Assembly: GCA_964640175.1 (NCBI GenBank)
Contig: CAZXFW010000002.1
Coordinates: 198,257 to 262,256 of the forward strand
Length of the DNA: 64,000 bases
Source: an uncultured Polyangiales bacterium
GTDB taxonomy: Bacteria; Myxococcota_A; Polyangia; Polyangiales; GCA-016699535
Reading direction: 5' to 3'
Shown: piece by piece, positions 55,244-64,000 of the stretch
Layout of the letters: the number at the start of each line of letters is the position of its first letter
How positions within the stretch are numbered: position 1 is the first letter of the stretch
Translations under genes and position numbers: made by a program
Notes under the pieces: generated by a model
Database searches by the model: none
Told to the model about the DNA's origin: nothing
The model's input: only the letters and a program-made list of their open reading frames with translations

Positions 55244-56407
55244 GTGAAAACGGCCTATTTCATCACCATGGCCTGCACGTTTGGCATACTTCAGTGTACA
55301 CACCCTACACCGACTGCGCCGCCAGGCCCCTGTGCACGAACCTCCATTGCAGGACAACGGTTGCCCCACGTGTTACCCGAGCAGCTCAATGCACAGTATT
55401 GGATAGCCCGCTCAACCGATGTGGACCGTGTGTGGCTGGATCAAACGGCCATACAACACTGGAACCGGTATTTAGCCAGCCCTCAAAGTGGTGTGCCTTT
55501 GTTTGATCTTCAGAACATTGATCCAACTGTTATAAAAATCGCCGTTCAACGGCGACTTAACTATCTCGAAAAACAACTTCTCAGCAAGCAATACATATTT
55601 CCGCTTCCTCTTCGTGAAATGCCAGCTCTTTCTTTGCCAGATGATTGGCTCACACAAATTTCGCCCACATTCTTCACAAGCACAGGACTTGTCACGCTCC
55701 ATTGCTTCCCGATCCAGCATCGCATCCTTAAAACGAAAGATCCTCAACAATTGAATCGCAACCTCTGTAGCACAGCCGGGCCAGGCGAAACACTTCAAGT
55801 ACTTGGAAAGTGGCCCAACGGCATGCTCCTTGCTCGTACGTATTACGTACTCGGTTGGATTTCACCCCATGCACCCATGATCCCTGCAGATCCAAGCCTT
55901 GTGCAAGACATCGCTTCAAGGCCTACGCTATCACTTAGTCGGCGCCGTTGGTTAACGCGTGCCTTCGAACTTATGAACCACCCCTACGGTTGGGGCGGGG
56001 AGCATGGTGGCCTGGATTGCTCAAGCTTCGTGATGGAAGTGTTCAAGCCCTATGGATTGCTTTTGCCACGGCACAGTGGGCATCAAGCACGGGCCTTACC
56101 CTATAGTGTTGACGTACCCCATACCGCCACTGACAGTGAGCGCTTGGCTTTAATCGATCACGCACATCATCAAGGCATTGTACTCTTGCACATGCCTGGA
56201 CATGTTGCGCTTTATCTAGGACGCGATCATCGCAACATCCCCATGGTGATCCATGCGTTTACTGAGTACACACAAGCCTGTGACTCTCCGTCTCACGGAG
56301 TGACGCGGATGCGCGTTCATCGTGTGACCGTCAGCACGCTATCGCTAGGGGAAGGCACTGCGACCGGCTCTCTTTTGCGCCGCATCGACCGCATCTCCAG
56401 GATCTAA
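55244..56407 (+). CDS. NlpC/P60 (C40) peptidase lipoprotein with N-terminal SH3-like region
   Basis: GTG start, lipobox GILQC. Catalytic block YGWGGEHGGLDCSSFV and downstream HVALYLG. Confidence 0.8.
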   Translation: MKTAYFITMACTFGILQCTHPTPTAPPGPCARTSIAGQRLPHVLPEQLNAQYWIARSTDVDRVWLDQTAIQHWNRYLASPQSGVPLFDLQNIDPTVIKIAVQRRLNYLEKQLLSKQYIFPLPLREMPALSLPDDWLTQISPTFFTSTGLVTLHCFPIQHRILKTKDPQQLNRNLCSTAGPGETLQVLGKWPNGMLLARTYYVLGWISPHAPMIPADPSLVQDIASRPTLSLSRRRWLTRAFELMNHPYGWGGEHGGLDCSSFVMEVFKPYGLLLPRHSGHQARALPYSVDVPHTATDSERLALIDHAHHQGIVLLHMPGHVALYLGRDHRNIPMVIHAFTEYTQACDSPSHGVTRMRVHRVTVSTLSLGEGTATGSLLRRIDRISRI

Positions 56408-56428
56408 CCCGCTCGCTACAAAAACCGT

Positions 56429-56959
56429 TCACTCAAGATCAAGGTAGACGGTATGCTCAGCAGCGGTTCGGAGCACTTCGACCACCTTCTCATCCAAAGG
56501 GCTTTCAAACTCAATGGCCATCACATGGCGCCACATGGGATCTTCTGCCGTGGCCGACTCATCCACCCGCACCACTTTGCCTACGACACCCGCATATTGA
56601 GGGCCATCCGGCATGATCCGAAAGGTCATCACCAAGCGCTCTCCGACCTCGAAACGGCTTGGGCTTCCCAGCAAAACTCCACGCGAACTCGCATTCCGAC
56701 TCATTGCAATGCGATCTTTGCGATTTCTCGAATCCATGGCGATGGGGAAATACGCCCGATGCCGATCGGTTTTACGACGGTCTTGCACATCGCCAATGTA
56801 GCCCAACGCTGTTTGCTTCGCAAACAGGAATCTTCCCTGTTCGCATGGAAAAAGAAACCCGTGTCGGCTAAGACTCTTGTCATGAAGCTCCGTTCTTCTA
56901 CCCCTACACAATGGACAAGCACCGTGCTCGCTAACTTCGACGCTTTTCTCTTGGATCAC
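56429..56959 (-). CDS. PilZ-domain protein
   Basis: RRKTDRHR ... NASSRG PilZ signature. The start is uncertain: ATG 56959 would overlap miaE, and in-frame TTG/GTG codons lie downstream. Confidence 0.7.
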   Translation of the reverse strand: MIQEKSVEVSEHGACPLCRGRRTELHDKSLSRHGFLFPCEQGRFLFAKQTALGYIGDVQDRRKTDRHRAYFPIAMDSRNRKDRIAMSRNASSRGVLLGSPSRFEVGERLVMTFRIMPDGPQYAGVVGKVVRVDESATAEDPMWRHVMAIEFESPLDEKVVEVLRTAAEHTVYLDLE

Positions 56960-57451
56960 GCCTCTGCAGAACGCAAAGCTTCAGCCACCGCTCTATCCCT
57001 ACTCGCTCATTATCCCGACCGCTCTGAACTGGTTGAGGCCATGACCGATCTTGCTCAAGAAGAGCTAAGCCATTTTGCTCAAGTCTGCAGAATCCTAGCC
57101 AAACGCAAGCTCATTTTACGTCACGACGAAAAAGACCGTTATGTTCGATCGCTGCGCAGTCTCGCCCGCTCAAGCCATGAAGAGTACCTGATGGATCGAC
57201 TCCTTATTGCAGGCATCATCGAGGCACGCGGATGCGAACGGTTTGGGTTAATTGGCCAGGCCCTCCCTTTAGGTGAGCTTAAAGACTTCTATCTTGAAAT
57301 CACCCGCTCCGAAGCTCGCCATGCAGGACTCTTTGTGCGCCTGGCCAAACGCTACTTTTCCGCAAGCCAAGTGGAACAAAGGCAAGACGAGCTCCTGGAG
57401 GCTGAGAGCGCTCTCATGCTTCAGTCTCCTATCCGGGCCACGCTTCATTAA
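56882..57451 (+). CDS. miaE: tRNA-(ms2io6A37) hydroxylase MiaE
   Basis: Start moved to ATG 56882. Di-iron four-helix motifs: LLDHASAERKA, EELSHF, IIEARGCERF, RSEARH. Confidence 0.75.
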   Translation: MKLRSSTPTQWTSTVLANFDAFLLDHASAERKASATALSLLAHYPDRSELVEAMTDLAQEELSHFAQVCRILAKRKLILRHDEKDRYVRSLRSLARSSHEEYLMDRLLIAGIIEARGCERFGLIGQALPLGELKDFYLEITRSEARHAGLFVRLAKRYFSASQVEQRQDELLEAESALMLQSPIRATLH

Positions 57452-57457
57452 AGCGCG

Positions 57458-58621
57458 ATGGACAAAGCCACACGGAAATACCTCGCGCATTACGCCGAAC
57501 CGAGCATCCAGTGGGCAAGCACACTCAAAGGCAACTACCAGCACGTGTTGGTAATTCCTTGTTTTGCCGAAGGCGAAACGCTCATGACGCTGCTTGAGTC
57601 GTTAATAGCCACCCAAGCACACCAGGTGCTTGTGATCTGCGTTCTTGACGCACCTAGGGATGCATCCTCTGTTCACCAGCGTAAAAACCACACCACAGTC
57701 GATGCCTTGCATGCCGCCTACCGCGCTCGAAGCACATTGGGAAAGCCGCCTCATTGGACAGAATTTGAGCTTCCCACAGGCTCACTTTTGCTCCTGGAAC
57801 ACTGGCAACCTCCTTGGAGCCTGCCTCCCAAAGCAGGCGTGGGCCTGGCCCGCAAACTTGGCTGCGACCTTGCCGTGGCCTTGAACGTTCAAGGAACCCT
57901 TCACGCCTCGTGGATTCACTGCACCGACGCAGACGCTCAGCTGCCCACGGACTACTTCTCACGGCTCAAAAAGATGCCTTCTGATATTGCAGCGGTGTGT
58001 TACCCTTTTACACACGACAGCGAAGCCGCGCTTCGGTATGAAGCCAGCCTTCGGTACTTTGTGCTGGGCCTTGCCCATGCAGGCTCGCCCTATGCGCACC
58101 ATACCGTGGGCAGCACCTTTGCATTATCGATGGCCCATTACACACAAGTTCGTGGTTTTCCAAAGCGACAAGCCGCAGAGGATTATTATCTCCTTAATAA
58201 GCTCGCCAAAGTAGGACGTATTCTGCGCTTAAAGGGCGCTCCTTTGATCCTGAGCGGACGCGCTTCAGACCGTGTGCCTTTTGGGACTGGCCCTGCCGTT
58301 CGACGCCTAGAAAATCGCCCGAACGAGCCCAACGTCTACCACCCTACCATTTTCGACAAGCTCCGCGAGCATTTGGCCCGCCTGGGCTCCCATCCTAAAG
58401 CACACATTCACTTTGATGCATTTCAAACACTCAAATGGATCCATGCGCTACGCGATTCCATGCATCCCTCTATCGGATTTCGCCAAGCATGTTCCGAAGC
58501 ACATTTTGTTCATACCAATTCCATGGCAGACACGTGTGATGTGCAACAGCTTTGTCATGCATTGCAGGAACAGGAAAACCAGCTTAGCCCTCTAACAGGA
58601 TTATCCCATGGACCTACGTGA
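57458..58621 (+). CDS. GT-A-fold glycosyltransferase-like protein
   Basis: HVLVIPCFAEGETL...VLVICVLD and a DxD-like CTDADA. The rest is unrecognised. It starts 6 nt after miaE. Confidence 0.45.
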   Translation: MDKATRKYLAHYAEPSIQWASTLKGNYQHVLVIPCFAEGETLMTLLESLIATQAHQVLVICVLDAPRDASSVHQRKNHTTVDALHAAYRARSTLGKPPHWTEFELPTGSLLLLEHWQPPWSLPPKAGVGLARKLGCDLAVALNVQGTLHASWIHCTDADAQLPTDYFSRLKKMPSDIAAVCYPFTHDSEAALRYEASLRYFVLGLAHAGSPYAHHTVGSTFALSMAHYTQVRGFPKRQAAEDYYLLNKLAKVGRILRLKGAPLILSGRASDRVPFGTGPAVRRLENRPNEPNVYHPTIFDKLREHLARLGSHPKAHIHFDAFQTLKWIHALRDSMHPSIGFRQACSEAHFVHTNSMADTCDVQQLCHALQEQENQLSPLTGLSHGPT

Positions 58622-59315
58622 CGTCAGCCGTGCACTCTCTCGGCAGGTCAATCGCCTCTCGTTCGACACCCAAGCCGTCGACTGCGTCTATAACCCATTG
58701 GACTACGCCATAGCACCTCATACACAGTATCTTGAAAGGTATGGCACGGGACCAAAAAAAGTACTTCTGATAGGCATGAATCCAGGTCCATGGGGCATGG
58801 TGCAAACGGGAATACCTTTTGGAGATGTGTCCATGGTCAAGGAATGGCTCGGGATCGAAGCCCCTGTGCGCACTCCCAAGCACATGCATCCTAAGCGGCC
58901 GGTGATGGGTTTTGCCTGCACGCGCTCCGAAGTCAGTGGCCATCGTCTATGGAGTTGGGCCAAAACACGCTTTGGCACGCCTCAGCACTTCTTCAGCCAG
59001 TTCTTTGTTCACAACTATTGCCCCCTGGCATTCATGGAAGTCTCAGGAAAGAATTTAACACCCGACAAACTCAGCCCCGCCAGCACACAAACCCTGTTTA
59101 AGTGTTGCGATCAGGCACTGTTAGACGTTGTTCACTTATTGAAACCAGAACATGTCATCGGGGTGGGCGCCTTCGCAGAAAAACGTGCACGCCTGGCACT
59201 CAAGGGCATCCCCCTACGCATCGGACGTATCTTGCATCCCAGCCCCGCCAGCCCCCTGGCCAACGCGAACTGGGCCGAAACCGTGGATCACCAACTAGCC
59301 AACCAGCTTGGATAG
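58608..59315 (+). CDS. uracil-DNA glycosylase family 3 (SMUG1-like)
   Basis: LLIGMNPGPWGMVQTGIPFGD and HPSPASPLAN match the two SMUG1 signature motifs. 14-nt overlap with the upstream gene. Confidence 0.8.
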   Translation: MDLRDVSRALSRQVNRLSFDTQAVDCVYNPLDYAIAPHTQYLERYGTGPKKVLLIGMNPGPWGMVQTGIPFGDVSMVKEWLGIEAPVRTPKHMHPKRPVMGFACTRSEVSGHRLWSWAKTRFGTPQHFFSQFFVHNYCPLAFMEVSGKNLTPDKLSPASTQTLFKCCDQALLDVVHLLKPEHVIGVGAFAEKRARLALKGIPLRIGRILHPSPASPLANANWAETVDHQLANQLG

Positions 59316-60617
59316 ACGCTCAAGCGCCCGTTCAAGGACGTCCATCGAAGGACCAAACGAAAAACGCGCATGGTGACGAAACCGTGATGGCCTTCCCATG
59401 CGCTTGCGACCGGGATCCACATCGAAAAATTCGCCAGGCACAACAATCACTTTTTCGTCCAATGCCTTTTGAAAAAACATCTGACCATCACGCATCGACT
59501 CTGGAAGCTGCGACAAGTCTCCCCACACGTAAAATGTCCCCTGCGGCTCAAGATCGGGCTGTATTCCCAAAGCACGCAAGCCATCGATCATGCGATTGCG
59601 CTTAGGCAAAAATGCACTGCGAATCGCTTGCGTTTCAAGAAGCGCATGCCGAGTGTTTACCAACTCAAGCGCAGCCCGTTGCATGGGTCTTGAACCGCCT
59701 CCATCCAGGAACGAGCCAGCACTGATGCAGCCTTCGATGATCTCTTGTGGCCCAAGTATCCACGTGACTCGCCAGCCTGGATAACGCCAGTTCTTGGTCA
59801 AGCCATCCAGAATCACCACCGGATCCCGCTCGACATCGTTTACATGCTCTGCAGCGCTGACAGTTTCCTTGCCTTTAACCCAGATATAATGTGAGTAAAA
59901 CTCATCGAGAATTAAGGTGCAGTTAAGTTCCCGCGAGGTGTTGACCCATGCAGCCAGTTCTTCGCCATACACCACCTTGCCTGTGGGATTGCATGGATTA
60001 CTCATCAAGAGCGCACCTAAGCCCCTGCCTTGAATCTCATGTGCCAGATCCTCTGCGCTAAATTCATACGCACGTTCAGGTTCGAGCAAAATGGGAATGG
60101 GGTTAAACCGACGGAAGATATCCAACACTTCGGCATACGCAGTGTAGTCCGGCAAAAAATGCCCAAGATGCACCGGCGCTATCGATGCCGCCACACGCAT
60201 CAATCCCACCCGGCCACCCCCACATATCGCAACATTCTCTGCCGAATACTGGGAAGCTTTTCCTTTACGATAAAGCGCGTTGTACATCGAAGCCACAGCT
60301 TCACGCAGCTCCCATAGCCCACCCACAGGGGCATAGTCCTGATCCAGCCCGATTGGGATGTTTTGCACCCGTTCGGGCGCTCCAGGAAGTGGCCCCGTCT
60401 CTGGCTGGCCTTGCCCCAGATTGCACCACTCCGAGCTCTCGGGGGTAAAACCACGGCGTTCGGCTTCGGCGGTCACGTAAATCACCCCCGTGCGGGGTAC
60501 TCTCCGAAACGCGGTAGGCGGCTGGCTCGTTCTGTCTTGTTTCCCCATGTGGCTCCTTGTGCCACTCCAATCCTGTAGGGTCCAGATTGAATCGCATTTT
60601 TGAGGTAGACTGAACAA
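59295..60617 (-). CDS. class I/II pyridoxal-phosphate aminotransferase
   Basis: LLMSNPCNPTG, DEFYSHY, lysine block GLTKNWRYPGWRV. The start could be an internal ATG. Confidence 0.85.
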   Translation of the reverse strand: MFSLPQKCDSIWTLQDWSGTRSHMGKQDRTSQPPTAFRRVPRTGVIYVTAEAERRGFTPESSEWCNLGQGQPETGPLPGAPERVQNIPIGLDQDYAPVGGLWELREAVASMYNALYRKGKASQYSAENVAICGGGRVGLMRVAASIAPVHLGHFLPDYTAYAEVLDIFRRFNPIPILLEPERAYEFSAEDLAHEIQGRGLGALLMSNPCNPTGKVVYGEELAAWVNTSRELNCTLILDEFYSHYIWVKGKETVSAAEHVNDVERDPVVILDGLTKNWRYPGWRVTWILGPQEIIEGCISAGSFLDGGGSRPMQRAALELVNTRHALLETQAIRSAFLPKRNRMIDGLRALGIQPDLEPQGTFYVWGDLSQLPESMRDGQMFFQKALDEKVIVVPGEFFDVDPGRKRMGRPSRFRHHARFSFGPSMDVLERALERLSKLVG

Positions 60618-60643
60618 ATGTTCAGTTATATGCTCTCAAACCC

Positions 60644-61666
60644 ATGCTCAGGCCTATTAATAACCCACCCAATCCTTTTCACCATACGGACATCGACTGG
60701 GAAGGTGAACCTCCCTCCGTCAAACTCCAAGTCTACGAAGAACACGCCCGTGACATTCTTTCCTCCAACGACAGTCCAGACATTGGCTTTCGTTGGTCGC
60801 TCAACCCCTACCGTGGCTGCTATCACGGCTGCAGCTACTGCTATGCACGGCCTTACCATCATTACTTGGACTGGGGAGCTGGCACAGACTTCGAACGCAA
60901 GATTGTCGTCAAGCTCAATGCCCCAGAGCTCCTCCGCCATTACTTCGCTAAGCCCTCGTGGCAAGGTGAACGCATCGTGTTTTCCGGCGTCACCGACTGC
61001 TACCAGCCGCTAGAAGCTTCTTACCAACTCACCCGTCGATGTCTTGAAGTCTGTTTGGAATACAAAAACCCGATAGGCATCATTACCAAAGGCGCCAGTG
61101 TCATTGTCCGTGACACAGACGTGCTCGCTGATCTTACACGGCGCACCGAAGCCACTGTGTTTCTAAGCATTCCATTTTCCGACGACACGACTGCTCGCAT
61201 CTTCGAGCCGTTTGCCAGTCTCTCAAGCAAACGGTTTCGCACCCTTGAACGGCTCTCTCTCGAAGGCATCCGCACAGGTGTCGCTGTGGCCCCAGTGATC
61301 CCAGGCATCAACGACGCCATGATCCCAAGTGTTCTCCAAAAAGCGAAAGACGCAGGGGCAACCTATGCCTTCATGACCTTACTTCGTTTGCCAGGACCGG
61401 TCCGCGAGGTGTTTTTAAACCGCCTCGATGCAGAACTCCCCTTACGCAGCGAAAAAGTCCGGCATGCGTTGACCGAAGTACGCCAAGGCAAACTCAACGA
61501 TTCGCGTTTTGGCTCGCGCATGCAAGGTCAAGGGAATCGCTGGGACGCTATCTCCGATTTATTTCAAAACCAATGCCAGCGCCTTGGTCTCAATGGCAAG
61601 TTCACCAAAAGCGCCGAGCCTCCAAGCACGTTTAAACGCCCTAAACGACAACTCAGCTTGTTATAA
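60644..61666 (+). CDS. radical SAM protein, PA0069/SplB-like (DNA-repair-photolyase COG1533 type)
   Basis: NPYRGCYHGCSYCYARP CxxxCxxC cluster motif with the characteristic N-terminal NPPNPF. Confidence 0.8.
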   Translation: MLRPINNPPNPFHHTDIDWEGEPPSVKLQVYEEHARDILSSNDSPDIGFRWSLNPYRGCYHGCSYCYARPYHHYLDWGAGTDFERKIVVKLNAPELLRHYFAKPSWQGERIVFSGVTDCYQPLEASYQLTRRCLEVCLEYKNPIGIITKGASVIVRDTDVLADLTRRTEATVFLSIPFSDDTTARIFEPFASLSSKRFRTLERLSLEGIRTGVAVAPVIPGINDAMIPSVLQKAKDAGATYAFMTLLRLPGPVREVFLNRLDAELPLRSEKVRHALTEVRQGKLNDSRFGSRMQGQGNRWDAISDLFQNQCQRLGLNGKFTKSAEPPSTFKRPKRQLSLL

Positions 61667-62705
61667 GCGCCTGCTCCCTGCCACGCGTTACCGAAACATG
61701 TTGAGAGACCATGAAAAGATACTCCTTGTTGCGAAGATGGCTGACGTTGCCTACCTTTTCGCCCTTGGGATTGTACACCCCAATCTGCGCCCCCACATAA
61801 CGTTTAAAATCCACCTCTAGCACACGTACATGACCATAATTCCCAAGTAAACTCTCAATGTCTTCTCGAGTGAGATAGCCTTCATTGTTGAACGAAACAA
61901 TCAAGTGCTTTGCACGCAGTGCACGTATTACCTCTGCAAACGCGTCACGTAGCTTGCGCTTGGAGTTAAAGCGGCTTTTATACGTACGGCAATCCACACG
62001 TTTGCATGCCTTGCCATACACCTCTGGCTTATCCCATCGCACCAAACTCTCCCACACGTGGTAATTACCCAGATAGCTGTGCTGATTGTAGGGCGGATCC
62101 AGATAGACCACATCCACTTGTTGATCGTTGAGTTTATGAGCCGCATCGAGCACATCAAGCCCCCATGCTTCGCCCGGCCCGGAAACCACTTCAGGCATTC
62201 GCAACTCAAGATCATTGAGTGCACGCGGTGCCCAACTCTTGAGATATGCCATCTGTACCCCCGTCGTGGAATCCACACGATCGGCAGCCTCCATCAACGA
62301 CACCAACACCACAGCTTCCACATGAGGCTCTAGCCCCTTGGCAAAAATAGCATCCCGTATCGCATCCACGCGTGCGCCATTTTTGGGATGGAAAAACCGC
62401 GATTGGATACAAAAAGTTTCAGTAAAATAGCCCTCTTTGGGCCTTAGTGCCTGAAACTCTTTAATCAACCGCACCGCGTCACGCTCTACCTTGTCACGAT
62501 CAGCCGCCACGTAACAGCGCGCTAAGGTATGCGCATACGCATTGTGATCATTGGCAATCACCTCATAGCCGGCACGCTTCAGCGCATGCCCCACCCGTGC
62601 CGTCCCAGAAAACAAGTCGGCCACGCGCCTTACGCTCGGAAAGCTTTGAACCGCCCGCAGGATCTGTGTAACCAATAGCCTTTTGGATCCAATATACTTG
62701 ATCAC
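61653..62705 (-). CDS. D12-class N6-adenine DNA methyltransferase
   Basis: KYIGSKRLL, SAM motif DLFSGTARVG, catalytic DPPY (VYLDPPYN). The order FxGxG ... DPPY indicates the alpha class. Confidence 0.85.
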   Translation of the reverse strand: MIKYIGSKRLLVTQILRAVQSFPSVRRVADLFSGTARVGHALKRAGYEVIANDHNAYAHTLARCYVAADRDKVERDAVRLIKEFQALRPKEGYFTETFCIQSRFFHPKNGARVDAIRDAIFAKGLEPHVEAVVLVSLMEAADRVDSTTGVQMAYLKSWAPRALNDLELRMPEVVSGPGEAWGLDVLDAAHKLNDQQVDVVYLDPPYNQHSYLGNYHVWESLVRWDKPEVYGKACKRVDCRTYKSRFNSKRKLRDAFAEVIRALRAKHLIVSFNNEGYLTREDIESLLGNYGHVRVLEVDFKRYVGAQIGVYNPKGEKVGNVSHLRNKEYLFMVSQHVSVTRGREQALITS

Positions 62706-62741
62706 AGCGGAACAACCGTTGTCTGTGTCTATTTTTAATGC

Positions 62742-63878
62742 ATGGTATTGTCAATTGAGCTCATGATAACCTCACTTTCCCATCGTGTCCTTGAGACATC
62801 CCACGACGACTGGCGCTGGCAAGCACAGCACACCGTTCGTACGCTCGAAGCGCTCGAAGCCCATTTAACGCTCACAGACGATGAACGTCGCGGCATCGAA
62901 CGGGCACTGCAAGAAGGGATGCCTTTGGCCATCACGCCTTATTACCTCTCGCTATGCGATCCCGTGGATCCCACTTGCCCTATCCGCATGCAATGTGTCC
63001 CTCGTGCTGCCGAAGCTTTCACCATGGCAGGCGATCTGGCAGATCCGTTGGGTGAAGCCGCTCACGAAGTCGCTCCCCATCTTGTGCAACGCTATCCCGA
63101 TCGAGCGCTTCTTTTGGTAACCGACCGATGCGGCGTGTATTGCCGCTTTTGCACACGCTCGCGTATGGTGGGCACGGGAGAAGGCACGGTGTCATTAAAA
63201 CGCCTTGAGCCCGCTTTCAACTATCTAAGGCAACATCCAGAGATTCAGGAAGTAATTATCTCTGGTGGCGATCCTTTAATCATGAGCACGGAACGCCTTC
63301 AGGAACTGCTCAGCACACTAAGCCACATCGAAAGCCTGGGTAACCTCCGCATTGCCACCCGCACACCCGTCACCTTGCCACAACGCATCAGCCCCGAGGT
63401 CTGTCGTGCCCTGCGCACGCACCCGGCTTCTTGGATCATGACCCACTTCAATCACCCCAAAGAGCTCACTCCAGAGTCTGCCAACGCCTGCGCATTGCTT
63501 GTAAACCACGGACTGCCAGTGATGAACCACACCGTGTTACTCAAAGGCATCAACGACAACGCTGCCACCCTAGAGCAACTCTTCCGTGGATTGGTGCGTA
63601 TGCGAGTGCGGCCTTACTACCTGCTTCAAGCCGATCCTGTGCGCGGCACCGGTCATCTGCGCACCCCTCTTGCCCAGGGATTATCACTCATGCAGCAATT
63701 ACAAGGCAGGCTAAGCGGCATCGCGCTGCCCAAGTTCATTGTGGATACACCTGGCGGCAAAGGCAAAGTGCCTCTTTTGCCCAATTATATCCACGCCAAG
63801 GCCCCGGGCCGCACTGCACTTATCACCTTTCGAGGTGAGATCGTGGAATACGTTGATCCCGTGGAGTCTATACAGTAA
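62742..63878 (+). CDS. kamA: KamA-family radical SAM lysine 2,3-aminomutase
   Basis: WRWQ...TPYYLSL, CGVYCRFCTRS cluster, ISGGDPL, PYYLLQAD, and GGKGK, which contains the PLP lysine. Confidence 0.9.
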   Translation: MVLSIELMITSLSHRVLETSHDDWRWQAQHTVRTLEALEAHLTLTDDERRGIERALQEGMPLAITPYYLSLCDPVDPTCPIRMQCVPRAAEAFTMAGDLADPLGEAAHEVAPHLVQRYPDRALLLVTDRCGVYCRFCTRSRMVGTGEGTVSLKRLEPAFNYLRQHPEIQEVIISGGDPLIMSTERLQELLSTLSHIESLGNLRIATRTPVTLPQRISPEVCRALRTHPASWIMTHFNHPKELTPESANACALLVNHGLPVMNHTVLLKGINDNAATLEQLFRGLVRMRVRPYYLLQADPVRGTGHLRTPLAQGLSLMQQLQGRLSGIALPKFIVDTPGGKGKVPLLPNYIHAKAPGRTALITFRGEIVEYVDPVESIQ

Positions 63879-63900
63879 AAGGCCATTGGGCTTGGTTTCC

Positions 63901-64000
63901 ATGTCTCAACTTGTCGCATTGAAGCAAAATACCGTCGCTATGAAAGCCATCATGGCGCTTAGCGGAATGATTTTGCTGGGTTATTCGATTGCCCACCTGT
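63901..64000 (+). CDS. 5' end of a succinate dehydrogenase/fumarate reductase cytochrome b (b558-type)-like gene (partial)
   Basis: My own translation gives MSQLVALKQNTVAMKAIMALSGMILLGYSIAHL, which resembles the kK..MAltG..l..F...H N-terminus of that family. It runs off the window. Confidence 0.35.
   Translation, partial: MSQLVALKQNTVAMKAIMALSGMILLGYSIAHL

Noticed and set aside
56453-56881. 143-codon N-terminal extension of the miaE ORF
   Set aside because: It is antisense to the PilZ gene. MiaE homology begins right after ATG 56882.
1-64000. CRISPR arrays, tRNA/rRNA genes, IS elements with terminal inverted repeats
   Set aside because: The intergenic regions are short. I read them by eye and saw no spaced repeat array, no cloverleaf-like sequence and no transposase or integrase ORF. 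A tRNAscan or Infernal run would be needed to be definitive.

Overview
The window looks like bacterial chromosome, mostly housekeeping genes. I assigned these by reading motifs in the supplied translations; I ran no database search. Recognisable genes include purF, purD, purH, tsaC, tgt, queA, dapA, dapB, lipB, lpdA, two acyl-CoA dehydrogenases, a catalytic-domain-only methylmalonyl-CoA mutase, CoA-transferase A/B, miaE, a SMUG1-like uracil-DNA glycosylase, a D12 adenine methylase, two radical-SAM genes including kamA, and rarD. A MYXO-CTERM-like sorting tail, many lipobox lipoproteins and the TPR, FHA and PilZ proteins suggest a Myxococcota-like organism. I found no rRNA, tRNA, CRISPR array or classical IS element. 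Five regions deserve a second look. (1) 47.8-54.7 kb is a tightly coupled five-gene operon: a lysine-aminotransferase-like/GNAT/pseudo-aminotransferase fusion, a C45 IAT-like acyltransferase, a class-III aminotransferase and CoA-transferase A/B. I cannot map it to a known pathway. (2) A ~1.36 kb cassette at 46.35-47.75 kb is bounded by a 36-bp direct repeat that duplicates the 3' end of the upstream gene. It carries a single AAA+/PD-(D/E)xK-like gene behind a near-consensus, apparently leaderless promoter overlaid with three repeat copies. (3) 17.2-22.5 kb is an island of three orphan lipoproteins, one with a glycine-zipper segment. (4) A PrsW-like/S1-like protease pair has both catalytic motifs apparently substituted. 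(5) A flippase-like/sulfatase-fold fusion has Thr at the nucleophile position.
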